Of a stretch of DNA of 64,000 nucleotides, positions 40,096 through 52,626 are shown piece after piece; the first letter of the stretch is position 1, and each line of letters starts with the position of its first letter. Source of the stretch: Octopus sinensis (lineage: Eukaryota). Position numbers and translations under genes: made by a program. The stretch lies in contig NC_042999.1 of assembly GCF_006345805.1 (NCBI RefSeq), positions 153,636,001 through 153,700,000 of the forward strand, read 5' to 3'. The notes under the pieces are model-generated. The model was given only the letters and a program-made list of their open reading frames with translations. It did no database searches and was not told the origin of the DNA.

Positions 40096-40111
40096 TACAT
40101 CATCATCATCA

Positions 40112-40167
<56 letters not shown>

Positions 40168-40228
40168 GTTGTTGTTGTTGTTGTTGTTGTTGTTATTATT
40201 ATTATATTCATTTTTTATCTATTTTTAG

Positions 40229-40667
40229 AATGAAACTGATTCTATAATTCTAACTCCGAACAACGAGACAGAATCAGTTACCGAAACCGTTTTTATTTCA
40301 AGTGAAAGCCTAGAGAATGAAGGCCACGCATTCACCACCGAGCGAAACGACCTGATGTCTACTGAGTCTGTTGATTCGAACAATAACAGCACTGACTATT
40401 CCATGGTTGATTTCTTTTCTAATAGTAATGGAAGCTTTACTAATGAAACAGACAGTCAAGAAGTTTCGAATGCAATTGATGACGACTCCATATTGGCAAT
40501 CGATGGTTTCAATGATTCGGTCACAGACAATTCAGAGGCACCGGGAACAACCAACGCGAACGATACGCACGTTTCGTATTCTCAGAACAAATATATCGAG
40601 GATTCTACCCAGGAAATACAATCAGTGAATACAGAAGAAGTTAATGAGACAATAGTCTCAAACACAA
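40229..40667 (+). CDS. Putative internal exon, Ser/Thr/Asn/acidic mucin-like ectodomain
   Basis: Acceptor ttttttatctatttttag|AAT; donor CAA|GTAAGG; 146 open codons with ~10 N-x-S/T sequons. Confidence 0.7.
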
Positions 40668-40679
40668 GTAAGGAAAACA

Positions 40680-40701
40680 TATAATAATAATAATAATAAT
40701 A

Positions 40702-40745
<44 letters not shown>

Positions 40746-40762
40746 TAATAATAATAATAATG

Positions 40763-40796
<34 letters not shown>

Positions 40797-40804
40797 TAAT
40801 AATA

Positions 40805-40854
<50 letters not shown>

Positions 40855-40881
40855 TAATAATAATAATAATATATAATAATG

Positions 40882-40915
<34 letters not shown>

Positions 40916-40939
40916 AATAATAATATAATAATAATAATG

Positions 40940-40971
<32 letters not shown>

Positions 40972-40998
40972 AATGATAATGATAATAATAATAATAAG

Positions 40999-41035
<37 letters not shown>

Positions 41036-41089
41036 TAATAATAATAATAAGATAATAATAATATAATGATAATAATAATAATGATAATG

Positions 41090-41121
<32 letters not shown>

Positions 41122-41122
41122 G

Positions 41123-41209
<87 letters not shown>

Positions 41210-41219
41210 GATGATGATG

Positions 41220-41255
<36 letters not shown>
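40680..41255. repeat. (TAA)n/(TGA)n microsatellite
   Basis: Direct reading. Confidence 0.95.
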
Positions 41256-41256
<1 letters not shown>

Positions 41257-42079
41257 TAATAATACAACAACTTTGAGATGCTGTTTATAAATTTCTATAT
41301 CTTAGCTATGCTAGTTCCAACATGTCGATGCTACTCTCAAAAATTTCATAAATTTCTCTATTTTAGCTATGCTGGGTCTTTCCAAAAAAATCTAGATTTC
41401 TATACATAAATTCGTGTCCACGCTGGAACTTTGGCGAGTTTACCCACCTGCTTCCTCTTCGTCCCCTCTCTCTCTACCCTCCCTCATCTTCCAAGTGATT
41501 CTCAGGGCTGCTGTAGGCAGTCACACAATAGGATAGCCATTTAACAGCTCTCTCCCAAAATGTGTAAGCCTTTCCATAACTTTTCCATGTTTGATAAAAC
41601 TTTGAGATGTTTAAAGATTTTTTTTATATATCTTAACTACAATTTGATTTTCTATTGATAGATTCCTTTATCGTAGATACGATGTGATGTGTTATACTAT
41701 AGTTTATTTAACTTTGCTATGCTAGTTCTAACTTGTCGACGCTACTTTAAAAAAAATCCGCTCTCGCCCCCAATTCACCAACGGGCATGCCAAGTAGCAG
41801 TCCAATCAAACAGTCTGTATTATAGACACAACAAACCCGCTTCTCTATTGAACGCCGCAGCATCAGCTGTAGCTAAACCAACAGCCATAAATCTGCCATT
41901 ATTTGGCTAACGAAATCAGGGGAAACAATATTAAGACATCTCGGCCTTCTAGTAATAACATATGTGTAGTAATAATTATGAAACTACAGTAGTGAACAAG
42001 TAAATAAGATAGGGTAGGGACTATAGTAGTAGTAGTGAAATTATAATAGTGAACAAGTAACTAATTACCCAAAATGATT

Positions 42080-42985
42080 AACTAAACCGGCAACCCCAAT
42101 AGGTTTGCTTGGTTATGAGGATGGATTTTCGACATCCTGCAGGGATTAAAAACAAAACCCGGCAAAGGGCAGAGGAACTCAGAAGAGTCCATGGCCATTC
42201 TGAAAACTCGGAGACAGAACTCGTTAGCCTTGGTTGGCAGTCTGTCTGAGAGAAGGAATACTCTTATTTAAAACTGGGGTAGATAAGACTCCTTAGTCAC
42301 AGTGGTGACAATCTATCAGCGTCCAACGGCTCCATGCCTGGGATGAAGACGAACGAACCGCGAATCGGGACTTAACACCGGAGCAATATTTGGATGATAT
42401 GGTACCAACTGACGCTCACCTGTTATTTAGTGAGAATCAGGGTCATGGTCTTCAACACACAGAAATTCGAAGGGAACAGGCCCAACTTATGGGTAGTAAG
42501 AGCTCTGCAGTCTTGGTCGACAATCTTACTAGAGATGATGTCTCGATAAAAATACCGGTTGGTGGCTAACCCTAAAAAGCACCTCAATGTTGAGTGAAAA
42601 TGTCAAATACAAATGTATCAGATAATGGTGTTAATGAGGATGGAACCAAAGGTGAAAACCTTTCGTCCTGATGGTGCCCTTTGGTTGAGCAGTGCAGGCC
42701 CGGTCGTCAGCAAGAGATTGCTTATAAACAAAGCCAGAGGGAGAGAAGAATGTGGAATAAGGAGGCAAACCGAACGGTAATTGAATGCTGGATCAGGAGT
42801 GAATCCAACAGCAAACTAAATAAACGTGGAACAGGTGGAAAAGAAATAATTGATTCCGACAACGAATGAAAGTAAAATGGAATGAGATAGGACACTTCGA
42901 AATAAGTGAGCAACGGTTAGCCGACTAGGTAAGAGCAATAAGAGCAAAAGAGTGGCTAACAGACATCGAAATAGAAATGATCCCC
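42080..42985 (+). mobile_element. R4/Dong-like 5' end with internal deletion
   Basis: RMWNKEANRTVIECW; RLAD.VRAIRAKEWLTDIEIEM parallels 38.4-38.5 kb. Confidence 0.6.
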
Positions 42986-43391
42986 GGTTTCGTTCAAGGG
43001 TAATGTTGTGATTTCGGCACCTTATACGCTATGGAAATTGAGTAAGTGGTCCCATGAGTCATAGGACTTGAAACAGTAATATTCAAGGATTGATGATGAT
43101 GATGACGACAAAATGAATGGTAAAGTTGAATTCGGAGACATATGAACTCAGACCGACGGATAAGTCGGTAGAAATGCCGTTAAGCATTTTGTGTGAAGCT
43201 CAAACGATTCTGTCAAAGAAATTCCTTATACTTAAACCAAATCAACTATTTCTTTTCCACATGTTCCACGTTTATTTAGTTTGCTGTTGTCTGAAAGTGT
43301 GACAAATCGCAACACTGTATTGTTTGCTTAATTAACTGAAACATAACACTCACTCCCCACCCCGACTACATTCAATATTTAATCAATATCA

Positions 43392-44240
43392 TGGCGGCGA
43401 GCTGGCAGAAACATTAGCACGCCGGGCGAAATGCGTAGCCGTATTTCATCTGCCGTTACGTTCTGGGTAGTAAAGAAATAGGTCTTTCGTCTGCCGCTAC
43501 TACGTTCTGAGTTCAAATTCCACCGAGGTCGACTTTGCCTTTTATCCTTTCGGGGTCGATTAAATAAGTACCAGTTACACACTGGGGTCGATATAATCGA
43601 CTTAATCCGTCTGTCTGCCCTTGTTTGTCCTCTCTGTATGTAGCCCCTTGAGAGCAGTAAAGAAATAGGTATTTCATCTGCCGCTACGTTCTGTGTTCAA
43701 ATTCCGCCGAGGTCAACTTTGCCTTTCATCTTTTCGGGGTCGATTAAGTAAGTACCAGTTACGCACTGGGGTCGATATAATCAACTTAATCCCTTTGTCT
43801 CCTTGTTTGTCCTCTTTGTGTTTAGCCACTTGTGGGTAGTAAAGGAATAGGTATTTCGTCTGCCGCTACGTTCTGAGTTCAAATTCCGTCGAGGTCGACT
43901 TTGCCTTTTATCCTTTCGGGGTCGAGAAATTAAGTACCAGTTTCGCACTGGGGTCGGTGTAATCGACTTAACCCGTTTGTCTATCCTTGTTTGTCCTCTC
44001 TATGTTTAGCTCCTTGTGGGTAGTAAAGAAATAAGAAACGTTAGCACGCCGGGCAAAAAAAATACTTAGCGGGATTTCATCTGTCTTTACGTTCCGAGTT
44101 CAAATTCCGCCAAGGTCGACAAGGCCTTTCATCCTTTCTGGGTCGATAAATTAAGTACCAGTTGCATACTGAGGTCGATCTAATCGACTGGAATCCTCCC
44201 CTAAAATTTCAGGCATTGTGCCTAGAGTAGAAAAGAATAT
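43392..44240 (+). mobile_element. SINE family 2 concatemer: head, three ~185-bp tail-A units, terminal tail-B unit
   Basis: Repeating core gaggtc(g/a)actttgccttt(c/t)atc...; junctions aaagaaata-ggt-atttc and aaagaaata-agaaacgttag. Confidence 0.9.
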
Positions 44241-44944
44241 TTAATTAATATCAGTTCAGGTGAGGATGGCTTTGTACAGTTTTGAAGAAAGTGGAAGTCG
44301 ATTAAAAAGAACCCAGTGTTCCACTGGTACATTTTTTATCGAGCTCAAACGGAAAAGCTGACATCAGCGAGACTGGAACTCTGAACATTAACGGAAAGAA
44401 ATGTCGGAAAGCATTTTCTGCAATGTTCTAACGATTCTGTCAAAGAAATTCTTTGTACCAATTAAAACCAAATCAAAAATTGTTCTGCGTTTATTGAATT
44501 TTCTGTTGTTGTCTGAGATTGTGATAAATCGCCACACCACAGCGTTTATTTAATATGACCAAACATTACACTCACTCCTCACCCCGCTGCATTCTGCATT
44601 TAATTAATTTTAATCAGTTTAAATTCAGTGGGTGTCTTGACTGTCTTTTCAAAGCAGAATTAATTAATTTTTCTCATCATTAAGGGTGCGTCATTAGAGT
44701 TGATTAAAATATCTTGGAGCACGCAATCAAGTACGTGAGCATTCACATTCCTGTTAAATCATTCCAATTCTTTCTAATTTTTGCACAAGGCCAGCCATTT
44801 TGAGGGAAGTGGGAGTCGATTAGATCGACTCCAATGTTCAACTAATGCGTATTTTATCGACCTTGGGAGGATAAAAGGCAAAGTCAACCTCGGCGAAATT
44901 TGAACTCGAGACATAAAACCAGAATAAGTACCCCTAAACATATA

Positions 44945-45109
44945 TAGGCGCAGGAGTGGCTGTGTGGTAATTACCTTGCTTACCAACCACATGATTCCGG
45001 GTTCAGTACCACTGCGTGGCATCTTGGGCAAGTGTCTTCTACTATAGCCTCGGGCCGACCAAAGCCTTGTGAGTGGATTTGGTAGGCGGAAACTGAGAGG
45101 TCCGTCGTA

Positions 45110-45158
<49 letters not shown>

Positions 45159-45180
45159 TATATATATGTGTGTGTGTGTG

Positions 45181-45221
<41 letters not shown>

Positions 45222-45435
45222 GTGTGTTTGTGTGTCAGAGTTTGTCCCCCCAGCATTGCTTGACAACCGATGCTGGTGTGTTTACGTCTCTGTAACTTAG
45301 CGGTTCTGCATAAGGGACCGATAAAATAAGTACTAGGCTTACAAAGAATAAGTCCTGGGGTCGATTTGCTCGACTGAAGGTGGTGCTCCAGAATGGCCGC
45401 AGTCAAATGACTGAAACAAGTAAAAGGGTAAAAGA
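44945..45435 (+). mobile_element. SINE family 1, full length
   Basis: Head, microsatellite, body and tail. Confidence 0.9.
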
Positions 45436-45859
45436 GTGTCCTCGGTGCCTTTTCTTTCCTATTAATTGCTCATGCAGAAGGCGCTTGTGAGTATTTTTTT
45501 AAACCTTGAAGATGCATATCCTAAATTTGCAAGCTACCAGTTTATACTGCGACCTTCAGTAACGGCACTTGACGTTCCGATTTCAAACGCCCCGGGGCCA
45601 GTTTTCCCACTCAACCTTCCGTTGTCACAAGAATAATGTTTCAGTAAATAAGTAGAATTATTGATTGGACCGTTGTCCCTATAAGGAAGTATTGCCTTGC
45701 GGTATTTCTTGCAGTTCTTTCCGTTCTAAGTTCAAACTCTGCCTCGGTCAACTTTGCCTTTCATCTTTTCAGGGACGCCAAAAGTATCGGCTGGTATCAA
45801 CTAAATCCCCACCCCCACAAAACTGCTAACCCTGTATCTATAGTAGCAAGGATCGTCAT

Positions 45860-45904
<45 letters not shown>

Positions 45905-46477
45905 CACTACCACTACTACTATTGCTGCTGCTGCTGTTGTTGCTAAGCAACAAGACGGGTAAGGGTGATTAGGTGATGGTCTAGGGTTTCGGGTCGGGAG
46001 ACCCCAGACATTGGAAAAATAAACTTTGGTCGTCTTGTTGCAGTCGAGGGCTCTTCGTTGACACCTGACACCACTGGGAGGTGGCCCTCGAAGTCGCTGG
46101 AAATGGAGATCTCCAGGTCCAAATTCTTGAACGGCTGCTGCTGCTGCTATCAGGATGCATGGCCTAATGGTTAGGGTGTTACACTCACGATCGCGGGATC
46201 GTGGTTTCAGTCCCTGGAGTGGTGCATTGCGTTCTTGAGCAATACCCTTCATCTCAGTTTTTTCTGCGATCATTTCGAGACCTGACTAAAAGTAGAGAAT
46301 TTTAGTATTTATCAAGTATTGAGATAAACGTCTACACATTCCTAAAAATCTTTGATACCTTTTGTTGTGTCCATTGTGAAACAGAATGATGCTAGTGGTG
46401 GTGGTGGTGGTGGTGGTGGTGGTGGTGGTGGTGGAGAAACAAGCGTAAAGACACATACACACATCTATCTATATATC

Positions 46478-46850
46478 TGGGTGAATGTAGCAAAGATGGC
46501 ACGTATGAATGACGAAGCCACCTTGACCATAATCCTAAGAACCCAGAAAAATTTAAAACAGAGAGTTACTTACTTCCAAATAAATGTGTTAACATGTGAC
46601 ATTATTGATCGAGGTTACCGTGGTCTTTTGCGTAAGCTTTTCTTTCCACGGATAAACATTATCTGTTTCCCCCTTTACACTTTACATCATGACATTTCTG
46701 TGATACACGATCCCTATTGATCATTTTTTTTACGATCCCTTTTGATCGAAAACCTACCCTCGCCCCTTTATTTCTCCCCAAAAAGACAAGCTCTACTTTG
46801 TAATTTGTCCCCTCTGTGTTCAGCCCCATGTGGCTAATAAAGAAACATAT
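46478..46850 (+). mobile_element. 5'-truncated Tx1-like copy with TATC repeats on both sides
   Basis: WVNVAKMARMNDEATLTIIL vs WVNVAKMVRASNETILSMIL at ~535-595; same 3' UTR. Confidence 0.88.
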
Positions 46851-47046
46851 CTATCTGTTTATCTATCTATCTAGATATGATGGTTGGACTGGTAAGGATG
46901 TTCTGATCCTATGACCGTTCACATAGGATCAGATGTTGGACTCTCCCGTCGAGGATGACCTCTCAGTGTTCAGCTTTTACCTAACGACCTGCACAAATAA
47001 TTGTTTCTAGTGATCAAATGTACGTGCTGTACATCAGCTCTACCTG

Positions 47047-47183
<137 letters not shown>

Positions 47184-47231
47184 ATATCTATCTATATATA
47201 TATATATATTATATATATATGTGTGTGTGTT

Positions 47232-47290
<59 letters not shown>

Positions 47291-47332
47291 GGAGTGAGAG
47301 AGTGATAGATAGATAGATAGATAGATGGATAA

Positions 47333-47419
<87 letters not shown>

Positions 47420-47507
47420 TACATATGCACATGAAGGGTTTCCACACAGTTTCCGTATACCAATTCACTGACAAGGCATTAGGTCAATTGCTGGCATTGG
47501 GTTATAG

Positions 47508-47708
47508 CAGTGCTTTTCAAACTTTTTGCTGGAGCGGAACCCCAAGGAAACATTCCACTGGCTCGAGGAACCCCTGTGCAATAATTTAATAGTCTTATGC
47601 ACACGTATCTGCACAGGAGAATTAAAAATTACTGCCGATCTTAGCAGTTTTGTAACTTCTTGCGGAACCCCTAGACTGTACTGGCAGAACCCTGGTTGAA
47701 AACCACTG
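47508..47708. mobile_element. hAT (Charlie-like) MITE
   Basis: TIRs cagtgcttttcaa / ttgaaaaccactg; 8-bp TSD ggttatag at 47500-47507 and 47709-47716. Confidence 0.9.
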
Positions 47709-48004
47709 GGTTATAGTATAAGACAAGTGCTCAACGTGCCGTGCAGCAGATCAGAACTCAAAACCATGTGCTTTGGATGCAAACCATCCAATCGAACAGT
47801 CATGATCTTAATCATAGTCATGCTTGAGAATAATTTTTATAAAATGAAAAACATTTCATTCAATAATCTTTTCAGAAATCCAGTTCTCTTAAGCTTTTCA
47901 ATTTGGGATACGCTTTAGCGGCCACGATTTCCTTTGACTGTATCCCAGTAAGACATAAAAGTGGGCGTTCTAATGAGTTTATATTGAGAGTTAGCCTACT
48001 GGAA

Positions 48005-48947
48005 ATACATTTCTTTATTGCCCACAGGGGTCTAAACATAGAGGGGACAAACAAAGAGATTAAGTCGATTACATCGACCTAGTGCGTAACTGGTACTTTA
48101 TTTATCGACCCCGAAATGCTGAAAGGCAAATTCAACCTCGGCGGAATTTGAACTCAGAACGTAGCGGCAGACGAAATACCTATTTCCTATTTCTTTACTA
48201 CCACAAGAGACTAAACACAGGCAAACAAGGAGAGACAAACGGAATAAGTCGATTACATCGACTTCAGTGTGTAACTGGTACTTAATTTATCGACTCCGAA
48301 AGGATGAAAGGCAAAGTCGAGCTCGGCAGAATTTGAACTCAGAACGAAATACCTATTTCTTTACTAACCACAAGGGGCTAAACACAGAGAGGACAAACAA
48401 GGACAGACAAACGGATTAAGTCGATTATATCGACTCCAGTGCGTAACTGGTACTTATTTAATCGACCCCGAAAGGATGAAAGGCAAAGTCGACCTCGGCG
48501 GAATTTGAACACAGAACGTAACGGCAGACGAAATACCTATTTCTTTACTGCTCACAAGGGGCTACACACAGCGAGGACAAATAAGGACAGACAAACGGAT
48601 TAAGTTGATTATATCAACCCCAGTGCGTAACTGGTACTTATTTTATCGACCCCGAAAGGATGAAAGGCAAAGTCGACCTCGGCGGAATTTGAACACAGAA
48701 CGTAACGGCAGATGAAATACCTATTTCTTTACTGCTCACAAGGGGCTACACACAGAGAGGACAAATAAGGACAGACAAACGGATTAAGTCGATTATATCA
48801 ACCCCAGTGCGTAACTGGTACTTATTTTATCGACATCGAAAGGATGAAAGGCAAAGTCGAGTCGGCGGAATTTGAACTCAGAACGTAGCGGCAGGTGAAA
48901 TACCCACTAAGCATTTCGCCCTGCGCGCTAACGTTTCTGCCAGCTCA
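48005..48947 (-). mobile_element. SINE family 2 pentamer, all tail-A units
   Basis: Five cores at ~185-bp period, one head at ~48945. Confidence 0.9.
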
Positions 48948-49059
48948 AAAACCATGCAGTTACCGGCTTCCGTATCAAGCGAAATCGACCTCTCTAAACA
49001 GTACTTACGGGTTGAAAGCCTCGGAGTAATATTCACTACTGCCAATCGAATAAACAAAC

Positions 49060-49245
49060 AAACAAACTCCTAAATTTCACATGTTTTGACAGACATTCTC
49101 TAGAACTATACTCTGTGCAAATCCCAAAACATGGCACCCTAGTCATGACACAACTCGGAATTCTAACTTGTTGTCTATTGAGGTCTCTGGGTGAAATTTG
49201 GAGTCAACTTGTACAAATACAAAGCAAAAGCCAAATATAATAATC
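49060..49245 (+). mobile_element. R4/Dong-like 3' UTR fragment
   Basis: Matches the reverse complement of 39240-39420 (ggcaccctag...aacttgttgtct.ttgaggtctctgggtga). Confidence 0.7.
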
Positions 49246-49375
49246 GAAAAATAAGGGGTGTTACCTTTGTTCACGGGTAGAGTTTGAACTCAGAACGTAA
49301 AGATGGACGAAAAGCCGCTAAACATTTTGGCTGACGTGCTAACGATCCTGCCACCTAATCCCCTGAATAATAATA

Positions 49376-49445
<70 letters not shown>

Positions 49446-49657
49446 CCTTTCTACTCTCGGCACAAGTTCTGAAATTGTGAGGGAGGGGCTAGTCGATAAC
49501 ATCAACTCCAGTATTTCACTGATACTTATTTTATCGACTCCGAAGGGTCAAAGGCAAATTGGATCTCGGCGGAATTTGAACTCAGAACGTAAAGATGGAC
49601 GAAAAGCCGCTAAACATTTTGGCTGACGTGCTAACGATTCTGCCATCTCACCCCCTG

Positions 49658-49730
<73 letters not shown>

Positions 49731-49764
49731 TATAATAATAATAATAATAATGATAATAATAAGT

Positions 49765-50318
49765 CCTCTGATGCAGTTCCAGGCAGTGGCTCTCATGGCT
49801 TCTGATCTTAACTGATTGGAAGTGTTATCATGTACATTGTTTTGTCTTGGTATAAAAGATGGGCTACAGCAAATATTCTGCCCATACCACAGATTTGCTG
49901 GTCAGTTATTTGACCTTAACTAGTTAAGCATGTCCCTTAGCGGCTGGCGATATGTGCATCGCTGATCACGAGTAGAAGTAGTGGGGAGCATCATAGCCAT
50001 GTGTTGAGAGGGATTATTTGGGGTTTGGATAATTCACCTCTGGAAACATGGGTGTTTCGCTCAACATCCTTAAACAACCCTTATTCAGGAACCTTTTGAG
50101 CGGGATGGGTTATTCGACCAGAAGAAAATTCTAACTGGGCCCCACCTGCAAGGTCAAGTGCTGTTTATCTTGATATGAGATCACCATGTTGTGCACATAT
50201 GGTTGTGATGCATGTGTCTAGTGTACCCTTATCAGACGGGTTGTCATGATGGGTATACTGGGCTTCGTATATTTATCCCAGTGTCACTTTGATGGCATGC
50301 ACTGCTCTCTCACTCAAT
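49765..50318 (+). mobile_element. Unclassified ~550-bp insertion flanked by (AAT)n on both sides
   Basis: Complex sequence bounded by TAA runs; no ORF; family unknown. Confidence 0.45.
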
Positions 50319-50365
50319 AATAATAATAATAATAATAATATAATAATAATAATAATAATAATAAC

Positions 50366-50396
<31 letters not shown>

Positions 50397-51059
50397 TGAT
50401 GATGCTAAGATTCTCTCTGGTCGAACACAACTTCTCTATTCACAAACAATACAGAACAGCCCTTCCTTAATTTTTCTTAAGCCTAATAGTAGTAAACATC
50501 TGAATTTTTTTTGACCGATAGGACCCCACCTAAAACAAAAAAAAATATCACTGATGGTGATGATGATAATAATGATAATAATAGTGCTGATAATCTATCT
50601 ATCTATCTACACACATACACACACTCAAAGAGTTCAACCAACACAAACCTCACCTCGGCTCTATTGTTAACCAAATATGAAAGTATTATTTGACAGGCAA
50701 GAACTCTGGCGTTGAAGACAGTCAGCCAACCAACCACCAAGCCAGCCAACGATACAGACAGACACTACTGTGATGGTGATAATGATAAAAAAACAAAAAT
50801 AACAATAATAAGATACTGCTGTGACTACACATAAAACAATATCATTGATGATGATGGTGGTGATGGTGATGGTGATGATGATAATGATGATGGTAATGGT
50901 GGTGATAATGATGATAGTGATAATAATGGTGATGATAATAACAATAATAAGCCGACTACGGCTGCTATAATGGTACGATTATAATTGTAACGGCAATGAT
51001 GGCCGTCTCCCCACGAGCCAATCAAAGCTATAAAATGATAACATTATCGTAGCACCAAA

Positions 51060-51719
51060 ATGTTTTTGGAAACTAAAAGGAAAACTAAATCAGTATACCA
51101 AATCGCTTGTCCTATGGTTAATCTGGAAGCGCGTCCCCCAGGGAAGAGCCAGCCTGGGATCGAAAAGTCATCAACTGGCACAAACTCTTCTCCGAATACG
51201 GACATGGATGGTCACTTGAACGGGAAATCCCCCAACTCGAGCCCTCCAAGTTCACCACCACAACCACCACAGAAAGAAAAATGTAAGCGGAACAAATGGA
51301 CCCGAGAAGAGTATAAAGAAGTAATATACGCTTATTACTATGCATTAGGTAGGCCATCTCAAGAGAGACACACCGCAAACTCTCACAGTATATGGAGAAC
51401 ACGGAATCAAGACAGTAGGCCCTATTTGGACGAGAACAAATTAGCAAATGTGAGGAGGGATATCCTTAGAAATAACAGACTCACAGACAGTGAAATAAGC
51501 GCGATCAAGCACGCAACGGAAAATGACATAAATATAAGACACAAAGGAAATGAAGAATCAGGTGAACAGTATAGCCCGCCACGAGGCTTAATTGAAAGAC
51601 TGCCATCAGACCAAAGTAGGCAAAGGCCTGAAGATACAAGAAATTCTATTGTACCTGTTAAAGATAGCCAGGAAAACGAAAAAACAACAGTAACTGAAGA
51701 TCTCGCATTTGCTGAAGAA
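51060..51719 (+). mobile_element. R4/Dong-like N-terminal ORF segment running into the gap
   Basis: KWTREEYKEVIYAYY...HSIWRTRN...LDENKLANVRRDILRNNRLTDSEI. Confidence 0.65.
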
Positions 51720-51819
51720 NNNNNNNNNNNNNNNNNNNNNNNNNNNNNNNNNNNNNNNNNNNNNNNNNNNNNNNNNNNNNNNNNNNNNNNNNNNNNNNNN
51801 NNNNNNNNNNNNNNNNNNN
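51720..51819. other. Assembly gap (100 N)
   Basis: Direct reading. Confidence 0.99.
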
Positions 51820-52293
<474 letters not shown>

Positions 52294-52359
52294 TGTATGT
52301 ATATCGTTTTTAGAAAACATAAATCCGAAAGAAAAAGCCCACTCTAAGATGTAGAGCAG

Positions 52360-52536
52360 TATATTAAAAATGGGGAATGCCGGTTTATAGGATTGCCTTA
52401 GGTTTCTCATCCATAAAGGGTTTAGCTTTATGGCGTATCAGGTTTTTGGGATCTGACGATATGCCATAAAGCTAAAATCTTTATGGAGGAAAACCTAAGG
52501 CAACCCCATAAACAGGCCTTCACCACTTTTAATATA
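52360..52536. repeat. MITE-like hairpin, ~78-bp imperfect arms
   Basis: tatattaaaaatgg...ttgccttaggttt...gctttatggcgtatc / gatatgccataaagc...aaacctaaggcaa...ccacttttaatata. Confidence 0.75.
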
Positions 52537-52542
52537 TACATT

Positions 52543-52623
52543 CTAAAATTAGAATGATACAAAGAAGATTAGCATGGTCCCTGCGCAAGGATGACACGCA
52601 AATTCATGGAGCATCCCATATTT
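52543..52623 (+). pseudogene. RNU6: U6 snRNA pseudogene (5' stem-loop missing)
   Basis: ctaaaattagaatgatacaaagaagattagcatggtccctgcgcaaggatgacacgcaaattcatggagcatcccatattt; about 8 mismatches in 81 nt vs the U6 sequence I recall; ACAGAGA box mutated to ACAAAGA. Confidence 0.92.
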
Positions 52624-52626
52624 ACT

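Noticed and set aside
45436-45640. Longer peptide obtainable by a 1-nt frameshift
   Set aside because: Needs an assumed error; no recognisable motif or splice support
45945-46130. Possible LINE endonuclease start (YFSNVWGL) on the minus strand
   Set aside because: Single short motif, not extendable
46902-46933. 12-bp hairpin tctgatcctatg/cataggatcaga
   Set aside because: Isolated; no ribozyme core or terminator context
48005-48947. CRISPR-like or satellite array
   Set aside because: Eukaryotic SINE units with no unique spacers
52543-52623. Functional U6 gene
   Set aside because: 5' stem-loop absent, ACAGAGA box mutated, CpG decay, no evident upstream PSE/TATA
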